A stretch of DNA of 64,000 nucleotides from the NCBI GenBank assembly GCA_963744715.1, contig CAVUUR010000010.1, positions 1-64,000 on the forward strand, given 5' to 3'. Both the position numbers and the translations under genes were made by a program. A model generated the notes under the pieces. The model was not told where the DNA came from. It was given only the letters and a program-made list of their open reading frames with translations, and searched no databases. How positions within the stretch are numbered: position 1 is the stretch's first letter; each line of letters begins with the position of its first letter. This document shows positions 10,809 through 22,794 of the stretch, piece after piece. Origin of the DNA: an uncultured bacterium (lineage in GTDB: Bacteria; Babelota; Babeliae; Babelales; JACPOV01).

Positions 10809-12350
10809 ATGCACACTAAAATATTTTCTGCGACAACCATAGGTGTTGATGCACATGGCGTCGAGGTAGAAGTTGATTTGTCGTTTGGCATGCTTCAATT
10901 TTTTATTGTAGGTTTACCGGATACGGCAATTAAAGAAAGTCGCCAACGTATTCAAACAGCATTAAAAAATAGCGGTATTCGTTTGCCTGAACGTAAAATC
11001 ACCGTTAATCTTGCTCCAGCTGATTTGAAAAAAGAAGGCACTCTTTTTGATTTACCCATAGCTATTGGCATTTTGCAAGCATCGAATCATCTTGCAATAC
11101 CCCAAACGTTCATTCAAGAAACGCTCTTTTTAGGAGAACTATCATTAGATGGCAGTATTCGGTCTATTAAAGGGGCCTTGCCTATAGCCTATGATGCGCA
11201 AAAATTACACAAAAAAAGGATTATCGTTCCGCAAGAAAATGCGCATGAAGCGGCACTCATTGATAACATAGAAGTTATTGGTGTACAAAATCTTGTTCAA
11301 TTGATTGGTTATTTGCGTAATGAGATAACGATAGCACCAACAGTTAACACCATGCCATCTAGTACGAATCCCACCACAACAGGCTTAGATTTTAATCAAG
11401 TTAAGGGGCAACATCAGGCAAAACGGGCTTTGCAAATTGCTGCGGCAGGTCGTCATAATATTTTATTTATGGGCCCACCCGGTTCTGGAAAGACGATGTT
11501 GGCAAAGCGGTTGCCAACCATAATGCCATCAATGACCTTTTCTGAAATTCTTGAAACAAGCAAGATTTATTCAATAAGTGGAAAATTACCTTCACGGCAA
11601 CTTATTGTAGAGCGACCATTTAGAAATCCTCATCATACTATTTCGCAAGCCGGATTGGTTGGAGGTGGAACATTTCCACAACCGGGAGAAATTAGCTTAA
11701 CGCATAACGGCATTCTTTTTTTGGATGAATTAACTGAATTTAAGAGAGCAACGTTAGAAGTATTGCGTCAACCATTGGAACAGAAAATAATTTGTATTTC
11801 TCGTGCAAATCATACGGTAACATTTCCTGCCTCTTTTTTACTTATTAGTGCTCTTAACCCATGTCCATGTGGTTTTTTAGGTGATAGCAAGCGAACCTGC
11901 CATTGTTCAAAACAAGCAATTATGAATTATCTTGAAAAACTTTCAGGACCATTACTTGATAGAATAGATATTCAAATTAATGTTCAATCATTAGAATATG
12001 ATACGCTTAAAGAAAACAACAATTCCAATCAAAGTTCATCGACGCTATTTGAGGGTGTGCAGCGTGCTGTTGCTATGCAAAAAAATAGAAATCATGACAA
12101 AATTATGTGGAATGCATTCCTGACTACCGATCTTATTGAGAAATTTTGTATTTTAACACCAGTGGCGGAAGAATTAATCAAAAAGGCCTTTGATCGTTTG
12201 CATTTGAGCATGCGTGGTTACCATAAAATTTTAAAAGTAGCGCGCACCATTGCCGATTTAGAAGGCCAAGAAATCATTAATGATATGCACATTAAAGAAG
12301 CTATCACCTACCGTTCTTTAGATCAAAGTATTGAGCGTATTAAAAGTTAA
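10809..12350 (+). CDS. comM: YifB/ComM Mg-chelatase-like AAA+ ATPase
   Basis: IVGLPDTAIKES, ITVNLAPADLKKEG, GPPGSGKT Walker A, RPFRNPHHT, LFLDE, NPCPCG. Confidence 0.93.
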   Translation: MHTKIFSATTIGVDAHGVEVEVDLSFGMLQFFIVGLPDTAIKESRQRIQTALKNSGIRLPERKITVNLAPADLKKEGTLFDLPIAIGILQASNHLAIPQTFIQETLFLGELSLDGSIRSIKGALPIAYDAQKLHKKRIIVPQENAHEAALIDNIEVIGVQNLVQLIGYLRNEITIAPTVNTMPSSTNPTTTGLDFNQVKGQHQAKRALQIAAAGRHNILFMGPPGSGKTMLAKRLPTIMPSMTFSEILETSKIYSISGKLPSRQLIVERPFRNPHHTISQAGLVGGGTFPQPGEISLTHNGILFLDELTEFKRATLEVLRQPLEQKIICISRANHTVTFPASFLLISALNPCPCGFLGDSKRTCHCSKQAIMNYLEKLSGPLLDRIDIQINVQSLEYDTLKENNNSNQSSSTLFEGVQRAVAMQKNRNHDKIMWNAFLTTDLIEKFCILTPVAEELIKKAFDRLHLSMRGYHKILKVARTIADLEGQEIINDMHIKEAITYRSLDQSIERIKS

Positions 12351-12468
12351 TTGTTTTTTATTTGCAGTTACGATAAAATGGTGTGTTGTTATCTATGATT
12401 GACAAGCAATTTTCTGTGACAAAAACTACTGAACGAGATCAAATAAAAAACATACGAGTAGGGTTGAT

Positions 12469-12876
12469 ATGATTGTCGGTATTGGTATCGATTCTGTTGA
12501 AGTTAATCGTTTTGCGGCATGGCAAACCTATTGCCATAAAAAGTTATCAAAAATTTTTGGACCAGAAGAAATAGCCTATTGTTTGCAGTACTCAGTTAAA
12601 TCGGCCGAACGGTTCGCAGTGCGGTTTGCTGCAAAAGAAGCTTTTTACAAAGCGTTATGCACAGCAATCCCTACCTTATCCATTCCTTTTTTACGTTTAA
12701 CAAAATACGTTGAACTGCGTAATAAAGTAGATGGAATGCCCTATTTGTATATTGATTGGAAATTAATGGGTTTTGAGGCTCAGGGAACCACTATGCAACC
12801 ATGGGTTTCACTTACCCATACCAAAAAAACAGCAACAGCTATGGTAATTCTTGAAAAGTTTCCGGTAAATGTTTGA
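12469..12876 (+). CDS. acpS: Holo-[acyl-carrier-protein] synthase
   Basis: GIGIDSVE, RFAAKEAFYKA, VSLTH motifs. Confidence 0.9.
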   Translation: MIVGIGIDSVEVNRFAAWQTYCHKKLSKIFGPEEIAYCLQYSVKSAERFAVRFAAKEAFYKALCTAIPTLSIPFLRLTKYVELRNKVDGMPYLYIDWKLMGFEAQGTTMQPWVSLTHTKKTATAMVILEKFPVNV

Positions 12877-12900
12877 CAAACCGAAAAAACTCTTTATTAT
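12873..12900 (+). promoter_or_regulatory. sigma70-type promoter of tRNA-Met
   Basis: TTGACA (12873-12878), 16-bp spacer, TATTAT (12895-12900). Confidence 0.5.
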
Positions 12901-12969
12901 TGTACTAATAAAACTGATTAACAATTCTTTATGTTTTGTGAATAATATTGTTCTTTATTTAGCAAATGA

Positions 12970-13046
<77 letters not shown>

Positions 13047-13120
13047 AAATTCTAACGTCTCTTCAAAACAAATAGAATCTATCCCAAACGATCTTACATC
13101 ACCATAGTAGTAGCATTTTT

Positions 13121-13843
13121 TTAAGAATTATTATTATCCTTATCTTTGGAATGTCTTTTTATTGGTGACATTTTTGCGAATCTATCTTTAATTTTTCTCA
13201 AGGTGGGGGATCCGCTTGGTGAAGTAGACTGCGGTGAAGATGAGCCAGGAGATCCAGTTGTGCCTCTTCTTCGCATGAACTGAGTAGTTCCAGAAACCCA
13301 AGGAAAAATGTCATTTAAACGTTTATTATATACCGTTGTGCCGTAGGTTAATTTAGTATCATCATCTTTATCTGGTTGTGCCCGATCAAGTTCGTAATAT
13401 ACTGTTTCGATAAAATTACAAAGGTCTCGTTTTGTTTGTTTTTCTTCTTCAAAAAGTAAACGATTAACAATATCGGTAATATCAAGCGGGTCATAGTTAA
13501 TAAGCGGTAAATTAAAATTGATAACACCATCTCCCTGAATAATAGATACTTGTTGTGATTTGCTCTCAAATCCGTTATTTTTTCCATGTTTTTGAGTAAT
13601 GACTAATGCTTGTGCCGCAAGAACAAGTGGTTCATAAAAAGGATTTATCCCTTTGAATTTTTTATTTTCTAGGGCTCTGTTATAAATAATGTCAGCATAT
13701 GAGTTATCAATTTCATCATAAGGCCCCTCGATTTTGTTGGTGTAGGAACTAATACGTTCTTCCATAGCAATGATACAAGGGAGATTGCATAGAGTACTTA
13801 GCATGATCATCAATACAACATGGTTATTCATAATACCCACCAT
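13121..13843 (-). CDS. Secreted hypothetical protein with Ser/Pro-rich basic C-terminal tail
   Basis: Signal peptide ending CIIA-MEE; tail RRRGTTGSPGSSSPQSTSPSGSPTLRKIK...SPIKRH; start may be 13831. Confidence 0.7.
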   Translation of the reverse strand: MVGIMNNHVVLMIMLSTLCNLPCIIAMEERISSYTNKIEGPYDEIDNSYADIIYNRALENKKFKGINPFYEPLVLAAQALVITQKHGKNNGFESKSQQVSIIQGDGVINFNLPLINYDPLDITDIVNRLLFEEEKQTKRDLCNFIETVYYELDRAQPDKDDDTKLTYGTTVYNKRLNDIFPWVSGTTQFMRRRGTTGSPGSSSPQSTSPSGSPTLRKIKDRFAKMSPIKRHSKDKDNNNS

Positions 13844-13929
13844 TATTCTCTTTTTTATATTAATTTTAGTGAGATTGCCTACGGTGGGTCAATGAATAAC
13901 CATGAATTGTGCTTTTTGATATCAAAAAA

Positions 13930-14382
13930 TTAGTTTTTTAGATGGTTAAGAATAAATAATTCTTTGCGGTGCATTTTTTTATAATCAGTATCTTTAATAT
14001 GGTCATAACCAAGTAAATGACAAATTCCATGTACTATAAGGATACGCAGGCGTTGCTCAAAGGTTGTGTTGAGTTCTTGTGCCGCATTTTTAACATATTC
14101 CAGTGAAATAATAAGATCGCCAAGATTTTTTTCATCAGATGTTTTGGCTTTAATACGGTTACCAGCTTTTACGGTAGTATGAAAAGGAAATGCCAAAATA
14201 TCGGTTGGGTTGTCTTTATGGCGATACAGAGCATTATAATGTTTAATGGTCTTATTAGTGGTTAACATAACTCCTACAGCAAAATCGGAATAATGCAAAA
14301 GATCTAAAATATCCTGAATATCCTGTTTTAGTTGTTTAGTATTAACAATAATTTTTCGTTGCGTATTTTTTATAGTGATCAT
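13930..14382 (-). CDS. ybeY: rRNA maturation endoribonuclease YbeY
   Basis: YRHKDNPTDILAF, LGDLIIS, HGICHLLGYDH zinc motif. Confidence 0.95.
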   Translation of the reverse strand: MITIKNTQRKIIVNTKQLKQDIQDILDLLHYSDFAVGVMLTTNKTIKHYNALYRHKDNPTDILAFPFHTTVKAGNRIKAKTSDEKNLGDLIISLEYVKNAAQELNTTFEQRLRILIVHGICHLLGYDHIKDTDYKKMHRKELFILNHLKN

Positions 14383-14425
14383 GTTTTTATAGTACTTTGA
14401 TCATTTTTTACATTTTTTTAGGTAT

Positions 14426-16905
14426 TTAATGTTGTACAACTACTTTTATACTTACGATATTGTTATGAGTTTCAAGTGACGCTGAAGGTAATGTTCCTAT
14501 GGTGTAGGTAACTTTTGCTGCGTGCGTTATTCCTTTAATTAATTGCTCCTGTTTTTTGAGCAAAGTAAGATTGTGTTCTTGCGATGAATATAGTTCAAGA
14601 ACATCGATTGGTGTTTTGAGAGAATATTTATGTTCAGTTTTTAATTTTCGCACATTGGTTATGCACATAATTACTAAATTCATTATTGCAATACTGTATT
14701 CAAAACTAAAATTAATTTGAGTTTGCTCAAAACGTGTTTTGTGAATTGATGGAATAGCGCAATAATTTTTATATAATTCTTGATAAATAATTTCCGTAAT
14801 ATGAGGCAAATAGGGTGCATACAATTGTAAAATGCGTAATCCAACGGTGTATAACGTCCAATGAGTAGAATCAATTTCACCTTTGCTATACAATTCTGGT
14901 TTAAATAATTGTTCCTTAATCAGTTCAAGATAATTATCACAAAAATCATGCCAAAAAAATGATTCGGCACATCGAGTGCTAGATTAAATTCATATTTATC
15001 AAGATACTGCTGATAACGGGTAAAGCACGAGTAGCGTTGTGTAAAATCCATTCATTAATAGTGCCCAAATATTCAGGGCAAGGTTGTCCGAGCGGGTATT
15101 TGCTGGTATGTTCATTAATAAAGAGAAAAGCATTCCATAATTTGGTCATTAATCGTTGGCCAATTTTGATTTGTGTTTCTGAAAATGCGACATCTTGGCC
15201 AAGATTGCCTGATGCGGTCCAATACCGAATAACATCTGCCGGATAGGTTTTTAACAAAAATTCCGGATCGGTTTTTGAATTTTCTTTTGATTTTGATAGT
15301 TTTTCTTTAGCTGTCACTTAGAACATGCCCTGAAATAACAATATATCGCCAAGGGATAGTTGCTTGATGCATCCATACTTTGATAATAGTATAGAATGCC
15401 CAGGTGCGAATAATATCATGCGCTTGCGGTCGCATACCCATCGGTAAAAAATTCGTGAGATTACTATCGGCGAAAACACTGATATCTTTTCGATTGAATA
15501 ATGAATAACAAATATAAGGGGTCAACGAAGAGGTATTCCACGTATCCATCACATCAGTATCGGGAATAATAGTAGTGCTTGACGCATTGTGGACATGAGC
15601 ACCGGGATAAGGCGATTCTTGCGGATCGATGGGTAATGATGTCTAATGGTGCTAATAATATAGTGCCACATGTAAGTGCAATGCCATGCAGGAAACGGAA
15701 TACCAAAAAAACGTTGCCGAGAAAGCACCAATCCCACTGAATATTTTCTACCCAATTTGATAACGAGCTTTCATAAATCCGGGATACCAATTAATTTCAT
15801 CACCCAATGCTATAAATTTTTCTTTATATCAAAAATATTTAAAAACCATTGTGATAATGCATATATATTCAATTTCATTTTTGCATCGCTCATGTACATT
15901 AACCGCATGTGTAATAGGTTTTTGCTGCATGCAATAATCCCGTTTCTTTGAGTGCGTCGAGAACTGCATTACGCGCTTCATGTACCTTTAATCCAGCCAA
16001 GAAAACCGGTTCGCTACTAAGCATCGGCCATCAAGACCGATTGATTGGTTTATAGGGTAGATTATATTTTTTATACCAATAATATCAGTTTTATCACCAA
16101 AGGTGCAGCACATAACAAGCCCAGTTCCCTTTTCCGGATCAACACTTATCATCAGCATAAATAGGAACTTTATGATTAAAAAATGGAACTATTGCCGTTT
16201 TTCCCAGCTAAATGTTGATATCGTTTATCAGTGGGATTATAAAATACTGCAACACAGGAAGGTAAAAATTCTGGGCGCGTGGTACCAATAAGAAGTTCTT
16301 TGCCATCTTCTGTTTAAACACAATATCATTAAAAAATGATGCTTTTTCAACATCATCTAATTCTGCTTGTGCAACGGAGGTGCGGCAATGGTGCAATAGA
16401 ATGCCGGTTCATGCTTGCGATAAATAAAACCTTTTTTGATATAAACGAATAAATGATTCTTGTGAAATTTTTCGTGTCGCTTCGGAAATGGTTGAATAAC
16501 GGTTGCTCCAATCAACGGAAAGCCCCATGCGTTGCCATAGTTGTTGAAACTTTTCTTCGACCTTAATAGTTTCTTGCAAACAAACTAGTAATAAATTCAG
16601 ATCGTTTCATTGCATGTGCATGAATTGTCTGTTTTTTTTCAACAAAACGCTCAGTTGGCAGCCCATTATCATCAAAGCCAAATGGATAAAAAACCGAAAA
16701 TCCGGCCATTCTTTTATAACGTGCGCCAATATCAGTTTGTGTATAAGAAAAAATATGACCTATATGCAAAGCCCCCGAGACGGTTGGCGGTGGCGTATCG
16801 ATACTGAACAAAGGGCCCCTGTTATGTTCTATTTTATAGGTCTGTTCTTTGTGCCATTGATCTTGCTTGTTTTTCATGCTAATGATAATCGTATTTTTTA
16901 TCCAT
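14426..16905 (-). CDS. valS: Valine--tRNA ligase, archaeal-type (type 2), heavily frameshifted in this sequence
   Basis: Fragments: [82 protein letters not shown]; start MDKKYD at 16905. Confidence 0.9.
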
Positions 16906-16995
16906 AGTTATTTCGCATTTTGATGATTAATAATTGTTGCTAGTATACTACATTTTTCACATATATTCTAAATTATTTTGTGGACACCTTTTTAG

Positions 16996-19296
16996 TTATA
17001 AAACTATCGTATTACTCTCTTTTTTAACCTCATTGAGCGCCATAAGAGCTGTTTCTTTTATATCGGGGTCGGATGTTTGTGCTATAAGCTGTTGTAATAC
17101 CATACATGCTTGATGACTATTACCCATAAATTGGAGGCATGCCGCTATGCGTAAATCAAGTGCTGGAAAAATAGTTGGATTATATTTTTTTATAGTTAGA
17201 AAGCATTGAAATGCCTCTTCCGGTTGCGAAGTGTTGAAATAGCACTCAGCTAAATTATACCAAGCTTGAATTTGTTGGGGTTCTTTATTAATAACGCTTT
17301 TCAAGACCGGTATTGCATCAAAAAATTGATTGTTTAAGAAATAAGCATCGGCTAAACTAAGTGCATAGTGAATGGAATGTGGTTGCAATTCAAGTAACTT
17401 GATAAAAGCAAAAATTGCATCGTCGTATTTTTTTGCATCTACACTTACTTTTGCATAAACTGAAAATCCAATTTCGTTATCATAATCAGCTTTTGTGCAC
17501 GCTGCCTTAAATGCTTCAAAGGCCTTTTCGGTGTTCCCCTGTTCAAGATACAGTTTTCCATAATTAAAATATGCTTTGCCATAATAAGGACGTAAATTAA
17601 TGGCGCATTCCAGCATTCGTTCAGCAAGGGCATATTCTTTTTTAATGATTAAAAAAGAAGCAAGATTATTATAGCCTTCAGGGTAATCTCGGTGAATGCG
17701 AATTGCTTGCTTAAGAGTGTTAATCGCTAAATCCAATTTGTTGGTTAATGAATAAGCAACAGCCAGATTGTTCCAAGGATCTGGGTAGAAATGATCCATT
17801 GATATAGCTTTTTTATATAAGGGTATTGATTCTTGCATTCTTCCATGTTCTGAAATAGCCACGCCTAAATTATTGTAAGCACGAGCTTTTCCGGGGGCAT
17901 TTTCGACAATGTTTGCCCAAAATTCTTCGGAAGAACGCCATACTTTATTGCGGTTATACGTTAAATATCCTGAAAGAAGTATAACTAACGCTATGCAAGA
18001 ATGAGATGCAAGAGAAGAAGATATGCGACGGTTGATTCCGGGAATATGCATGTAAAGCAAGGTTATTATTTTTACAATACCAAATGCTAATAACAATAAA
18101 ATTCCAAATGATGCAGAATATGTCTTGTAATCGGCAAGTAACTCTGATGATGGAATAATGGTTGATCGTGGCGCAAGAGCAATAGTAATCCATAATGCTG
18201 CAAAAACGATTAAAGAAGTTTTATCTTTTTTGATCATGTATACGACCATGGCTGCAATAATAATTAAAAGTAATAAGGGGAGGATGCAATCAATTGAAAA
18301 AAAATGGTGTACCAATTTCCAGTCATATTCAACGCTAATGGAAAAGGGCCATATAAACATTCATAAGATAGTGAAGAATGACTTTGAATTGTGAAATAAA
18401 AAAATGTAACGGTTTTATTGGCTCAGCAGGATTTTCTGTTAACACATTGCCGATATTATTATGCGCTACCATCGATAACTCCAAATAGGTCTCTGAAGAA
18501 ATGATGGTTTTGAGTAAATAGATATAGATTCCCAATACTGTAAGAAAAAAGAGTATATGAAGAGGTATACGTTTTTTGAAAATATGCCAATCGCCCTGTG
18601 CAATAAAAAACCAATCGGTAAGCATAATGAAAAGAGGGGAAACGATAGCAATTTCTTTGGTGCCGCAGGATATTAATGCAAGTGCAAAAGTGAGCACCAT
18701 GAATACATAATATAAGAACAATATACTTTGTTATGTGTGCTCGTAAAAAACAAAAACATAAGGCGATATCATACAATAGGAAAGCGCAAGTCCTTCAAGT
18801 TGACCTTGAATTACATAGGAAACAGTTTGTGTCTGTACAGGATGCAATAAAAAAGCGGCAGCTAGATATGAAATCGGAAATTTATAATAAGTAAAAAATG
18901 ACTGTTTTTTTATATGAGCAGCCCGTTAATAAAAAAAGAAAAACAGTAATACCGGCAATACTATGAGAAGTTACATTAACTACTCTGTAAATAAATGGAT
19001 CAAATTTCGCAATGCTATAATTGATTGAGTTAAGCCAATAGCTAATCCATCGAGTTCCGCTAAAACATGATGAAAATGTTTGATGCCGAATATAGTAAAA
19101 TTTTGAAATATTAGCGACATCATCAAATTGAAAATTATAATGTAACGATGGATAGTAAACAATAGTTGCTATAATAGATAAAAGAAAGGGAGGAATATAC
19201 CAATGAACCCATGTTAAGGGGGGGATCTTGTATTATCTGATTACTACCGATAGCATTATTTATGGTACTATTTTTTTTCTGATGAGCCTTTGTCAT
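16996..19296 (-). CDS. TMTC-like multi-TM (GT-C-like) protein with C-terminal TPR repeats, 5' half frameshifted
   Basis: AAGGAG RBS before ATG 19296; FQFDD, FLLHPVQTQTVSYV and TKE motifs; RNKVW then TPRs (ARAYNNLG, DPWNNLA, EGYNNLA). Confidence 0.8.
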
Positions 19297-19482
19297 ACTA
19301 TCTCCTTTTTTGCTTCATACTCATTTTTCTATGCTTAATTACTCATGAGATTTATTGTACTCTTGCAGAAGTTCTTGTCGAGCCCTAAATTGCATCTGAT
19401 TGATTTGACCGTCTCAGTAATTTACTTTAGACTATTACAATAAGTATTAATTTTATCAATCCCCTTTTTTAGAGCATTGTTT

Positions 19483-20184
19483 ATGGTTAGTTTACGTGAC
19501 ATAGAATTGATAATAAAAATTCTTACGGTAGGGTTTGCTTATATTGTTGGGGAAACAACAGCCGGCTATGCTCAAGCATGGATTGCCAAATATATGGGAG
19601 ATGACACTCCTGAAGAGGCCGGTTTTTTAACCTGGGAACCCACTGGTACATATTGATCCTATCGGGCGGTCTTATTACTATATCTCGGTATAGGATGGAG
19701 TAAGTATATACCCATTAATCATGATGCTATACAAGGCCGATGGCGCCTTGGGATTGTTTATTTCTCTAATGTTATTACCTACCTTATAATAGCCGTCAGT
19801 TCGCTTTTTTTATTGGGTATATTTTTTGGTAGCACGATGTTACAGGTAGCATTATCGATGGTGTTGATCAATGATGTTTCCTTATCAATACTCAATAGTC
19901 TTTACCCACATGCTTCTTCATTGATGCTTACCTCATCGTTTATATTAATAAGTACTCTTTCTCTAGGTGTTGTTTTTGCCGTACTTAATTTTATTATTGA
20001 TGGATTTCGCTTTATTATGGCGGCTTTTTTTCAAGATCATGAGGATTTTAAGGAAAATAATTTTTTGACATTTATAGTACCGATTCTTATAGTGGTTACG
20101 TTTTCTTCATCATTACGAACCTATTTACTCTATGGAATTTCATATATTAGCTCTTTAGTATTTCCATTCTTAGGAGTTTCCTAA
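19483..20184 (+). CDS. Site-2 protease (M50)-like membrane protein with degenerate zinc motif, frameshifted
   Basis: Manual translation ...[34 protein letters not shown]... matches M50 N-terminal motif except HExxH; joins ORF 19813..20184. Confidence 0.6.
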
Positions 20185-20186
20185 TA

Positions 20187-21380
20187 ATGCAGTATGAAAA
20201 AAATGCAGAATTGTTAATGAGAGGCACCGCACAGGTTATTCCTGAGCAAGAATTAATAAAAAAATTACAACGGAACACTCCGTTACGAGTAAAGCTAGGA
20301 ATGGATCCAACAGCGCCAGATTTACATTTAGGGCATGCCGTAGTTCTTTCCAAGTTAAAGCAATTTCAGGATTTGGGCCACGAGGTAATCTTCTTGATTG
20401 GTGATTTTACCGCCCGCATTGGTGATCCGACCGGAAAATCAAAAACAAGGCCATCATTAACGGAAGAAGAAATAGCGCATAATACGGCGACATACTTTGA
20501 GCAAGTTAGTAAAATTCTTGATCCTAAAAAAATTACCATTCGTTTTAATAGTGAATGGTTGGGTAAACTTACCAGTAAAGAATTTGTTTCCTTATGTGCT
20601 AAAGTAACCTTATCGCGCCTGATTGAGCGTGATGATTTTGCTATGCGCATGGCAAAACATGAATCTATTGGTTTTCATGAATTATTGTATCCACTGATGC
20701 AAGGTTATGATTCGGTTGCATTAAAAGCCGACGTTGAATTGGGCGGCACTGATCAAACATTCAATCTATTAATGGGACGTTATTTGCAAGAGCAATATGG
20801 GCAAGAACCGCAAGTAATTGTCACAACGCCATTATTAGAAGGGCTTGATGGTGTTCAAAAAATGTCAAAATCATTAGGTAATAGTATTGGGTTAATGGAA
20901 CCAGCCGATCAAGCCTACGGCAAATTAATGTCAATATCCGATACCTTAATGTGGCGTTACATGGAAATTTTGTTACATACTTCGCCAGAACAAATTAGTA
21001 GATTGCAAGAATCGGTTGCGGCCGGCACGATGCATCCGATGGCATTAAAAAAACAAATGGCGTATGATATTGTTGCAAAATTTTGGTCAAAAGATCAAGC
21101 GAGTGCAGCACAAGAACAATTTGAAGCATTGTTTCAACGCAAAGATTATTCACAAGCAACGGCCATTGACTTAGATGTTGAGACAGCAAATCCGTTACCA
21201 ATTGTTGAGCTTCTTAAAAAATTACAGGCAGTAAAAACATCTTCAGAAGCCTATCGCTTACTTGAAGGGGATGCCGTGAGCGTCGATGGCATTATCATTA
21301 CTGATCCTAAAGCAATGATCTCATGGAAATCGGATATGCAGATCAAAGTTGGCAAACATCGCATCTATCGCATCGCTTAA
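20187..21380 (+). CDS. tyrS: Tyrosine--tRNA ligase
   Basis: [34 protein letters not shown]-terminal S4 domain. Confidence 0.97.
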   Translation: MQYEKNAELLMRGTAQVIPEQELIKKLQRNTPLRVKLGMDPTAPDLHLGHAVVLSKLKQFQDLGHEVIFLIGDFTARIGDPTGKSKTRPSLTEEEIAHNTATYFEQVSKILDPKKITIRFNSEWLGKLTSKEFVSLCAKVTLSRLIERDDFAMRMAKHESIGFHELLYPLMQGYDSVALKADVELGGTDQTFNLLMGRYLQEQYGQEPQVIVTTPLLEGLDGVQKMSKSLGNSIGLMEPADQAYGKLMSISDTLMWRYMEILLHTSPEQISRLQESVAAGTMHPMALKKQMAYDIVAKFWSKDQASAAQEQFEALFQRKDYSQATAIDLDVETANPLPIVELLKKLQAVKTSSEAYRLLEGDAVSVDGIIITDPKAMISWKSDMQIKVGKHRIYRIA

Positions 21381-22763
21381 TTAAGCATGTGTCGATAAAT
21401 CATACAGCGGTTCGCGATTGGTTTTCCCTTCCGATAATAAATGCTCGCCTTTAATAGTAATGCGATGTTGTTGTATATAATTAAAAATTGTTCTATAGGT
21501 TAATGCGCGTTGTAGTATGTTGCCATCGATAGTATAAAATGATGGAACCTGCGTCGAGTTAGCGACAGCAAATCCATAATATCTATGTGAAGGGTTAGTT
21601 ATTTTTGATCGGGGATGAAAAAATTCTCCTCGTGCCACTGCGCCGGCAAGGGTTGTAAGGAGAGGAATATGAAACATATTACCGAGTTTTCCATCCACAT
21701 ACTCTTTTTTTGATAAAGGTAGTAAGTAGCCAATGCGTTGCTTGCACATATGAAAATAAGCAGTGGCCCCAGTATCAAAACGATAACCGGCAAATAATGA
21801 ATTGCCGAAGGATAAAGATATTTCTGCATTCGTGGGTTTGGTATCATACCAACTAGTGCCTCTATACAATAGCCACTGCGCTTTTTTTTCTGCATCGTAT
21901 TCTGTCGTAAGTATTTTTTCAAGATGATCTTTATCCAAAGAATCTATTTTTGAGTGTTGGCAATATTCTTGATACGCTGATTGTTTAAAATCAGTATCAC
22001 TATGGATTTTCATATAATCATGTTGATGAGCGGTACTTGGATTTAATGAACGTTTTTTTAAAAAATCAACAATATAATTATTAAGAAATAAATGACATTT
22101 TTTTACTTCTAACGTTCTGTTTATTTCTTCAAAAGGCAACGCAGTTTGATCTAAAAAAGTTTTTTCAAGGGAAGTTGTTAATGCAGGTTCTCCTCGATTG
22201 AAATATGATTGATAATGAGGGTAAGTATTGTAGAGCAACCCCCCCGAAGCTTTTTTAATAGTTGTTTGGTTGTGATCGATATAATTCATGAAAAAAAGTT
22301 CATACATCGTAGTTGGTATAAAGGCAACCTTAATACCAGGAAGTTTCTCAGCAAGTTGTTGTTGCATTGCGGCAATTTCATTATCATGATAATTGTTATA
22401 CAACGTACTCATGGGAAATTGATAATGCAGTTTAATATCGTAAATAATTTCATGTTCTTTTTCGCAAATGGGTGAACCATCTTCCTTATAGAATACTGTT
22501 TCTGCTTGTGCGGTATGTGATTGTTTAACGTTGCGCGCAACAGAAGCTATCCCGCCCAATAGAGCATGAATGCTTTTTGAAGCGCTTTGGCCTATAGTAT
22601 GTGCTTGTTGTGTAAACCAAGTACTGATGTTTGCTAGTAATGGTTGTGCGCTAGAAGTTATGTTAATTGCTGGTTGAGTATTTTCTTTTTTTGCTTGCGC
22701 AGATAGTGGCATACATGCAATAGTAATCAGCATTGTACCAGTTATAAAACGTAAAAAATTCAT
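21381..22763 (-). CDS. Secreted hypothetical protein, paralog A
   Basis: Signal peptide; collinear similarity to 22795..24162; LLYRGT / SLSFGNSLFAG / GEFFH motifs. Confidence 0.8.
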   Translation of the reverse strand: MNFLRFITGTMLITIACMPLSAQAKKENTQPAINITSSAQPLLANISTWFTQQAHTIGQSASKSIHALLGGIASVARNVKQSHTAQAETVFYKEDGSPICEKEHEIIYDIKLHYQFPMSTLYNNYHDNEIAAMQQQLAEKLPGIKVAFIPTTMYELFFMNYIDHNQTTIKKASGGLLYNTYPHYQSYFNRGEPALTTSLEKTFLDQTALPFEEINRTLEVKKCHLFLNNYIVDFLKKRSLNPSTAHQHDYMKIHSDTDFKQSAYQEYCQHSKIDSLDKDHLEKILTTEYDAEKKAQWLLYRGTSWYDTKPTNAEISLSFGNSLFAGYRFDTGATAYFHMCKQRIGYLLPLSKKEYVDGKLGNMFHIPLLTTLAGAVARGEFFHPRSKITNPSHRYYGFAVANSTQVPSFYTIDGNILQRALTYRTIFNYIQQHRITIKGEHLLSEGKTNREPLYDLSTHA

Positions 22764-22794
22764 ACATATCCATATTCAAGTATTAAGGTTGGGT

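Noticed and set aside
14426..16905. Alternative genetic code or programmed frameshifting to explain broken valS/groEL
   Set aside because: Breaks are frame changes at many scattered sites rather than in-frame stops; most genes read intact in code 11 with TGA, TAA and TAG all used as stops
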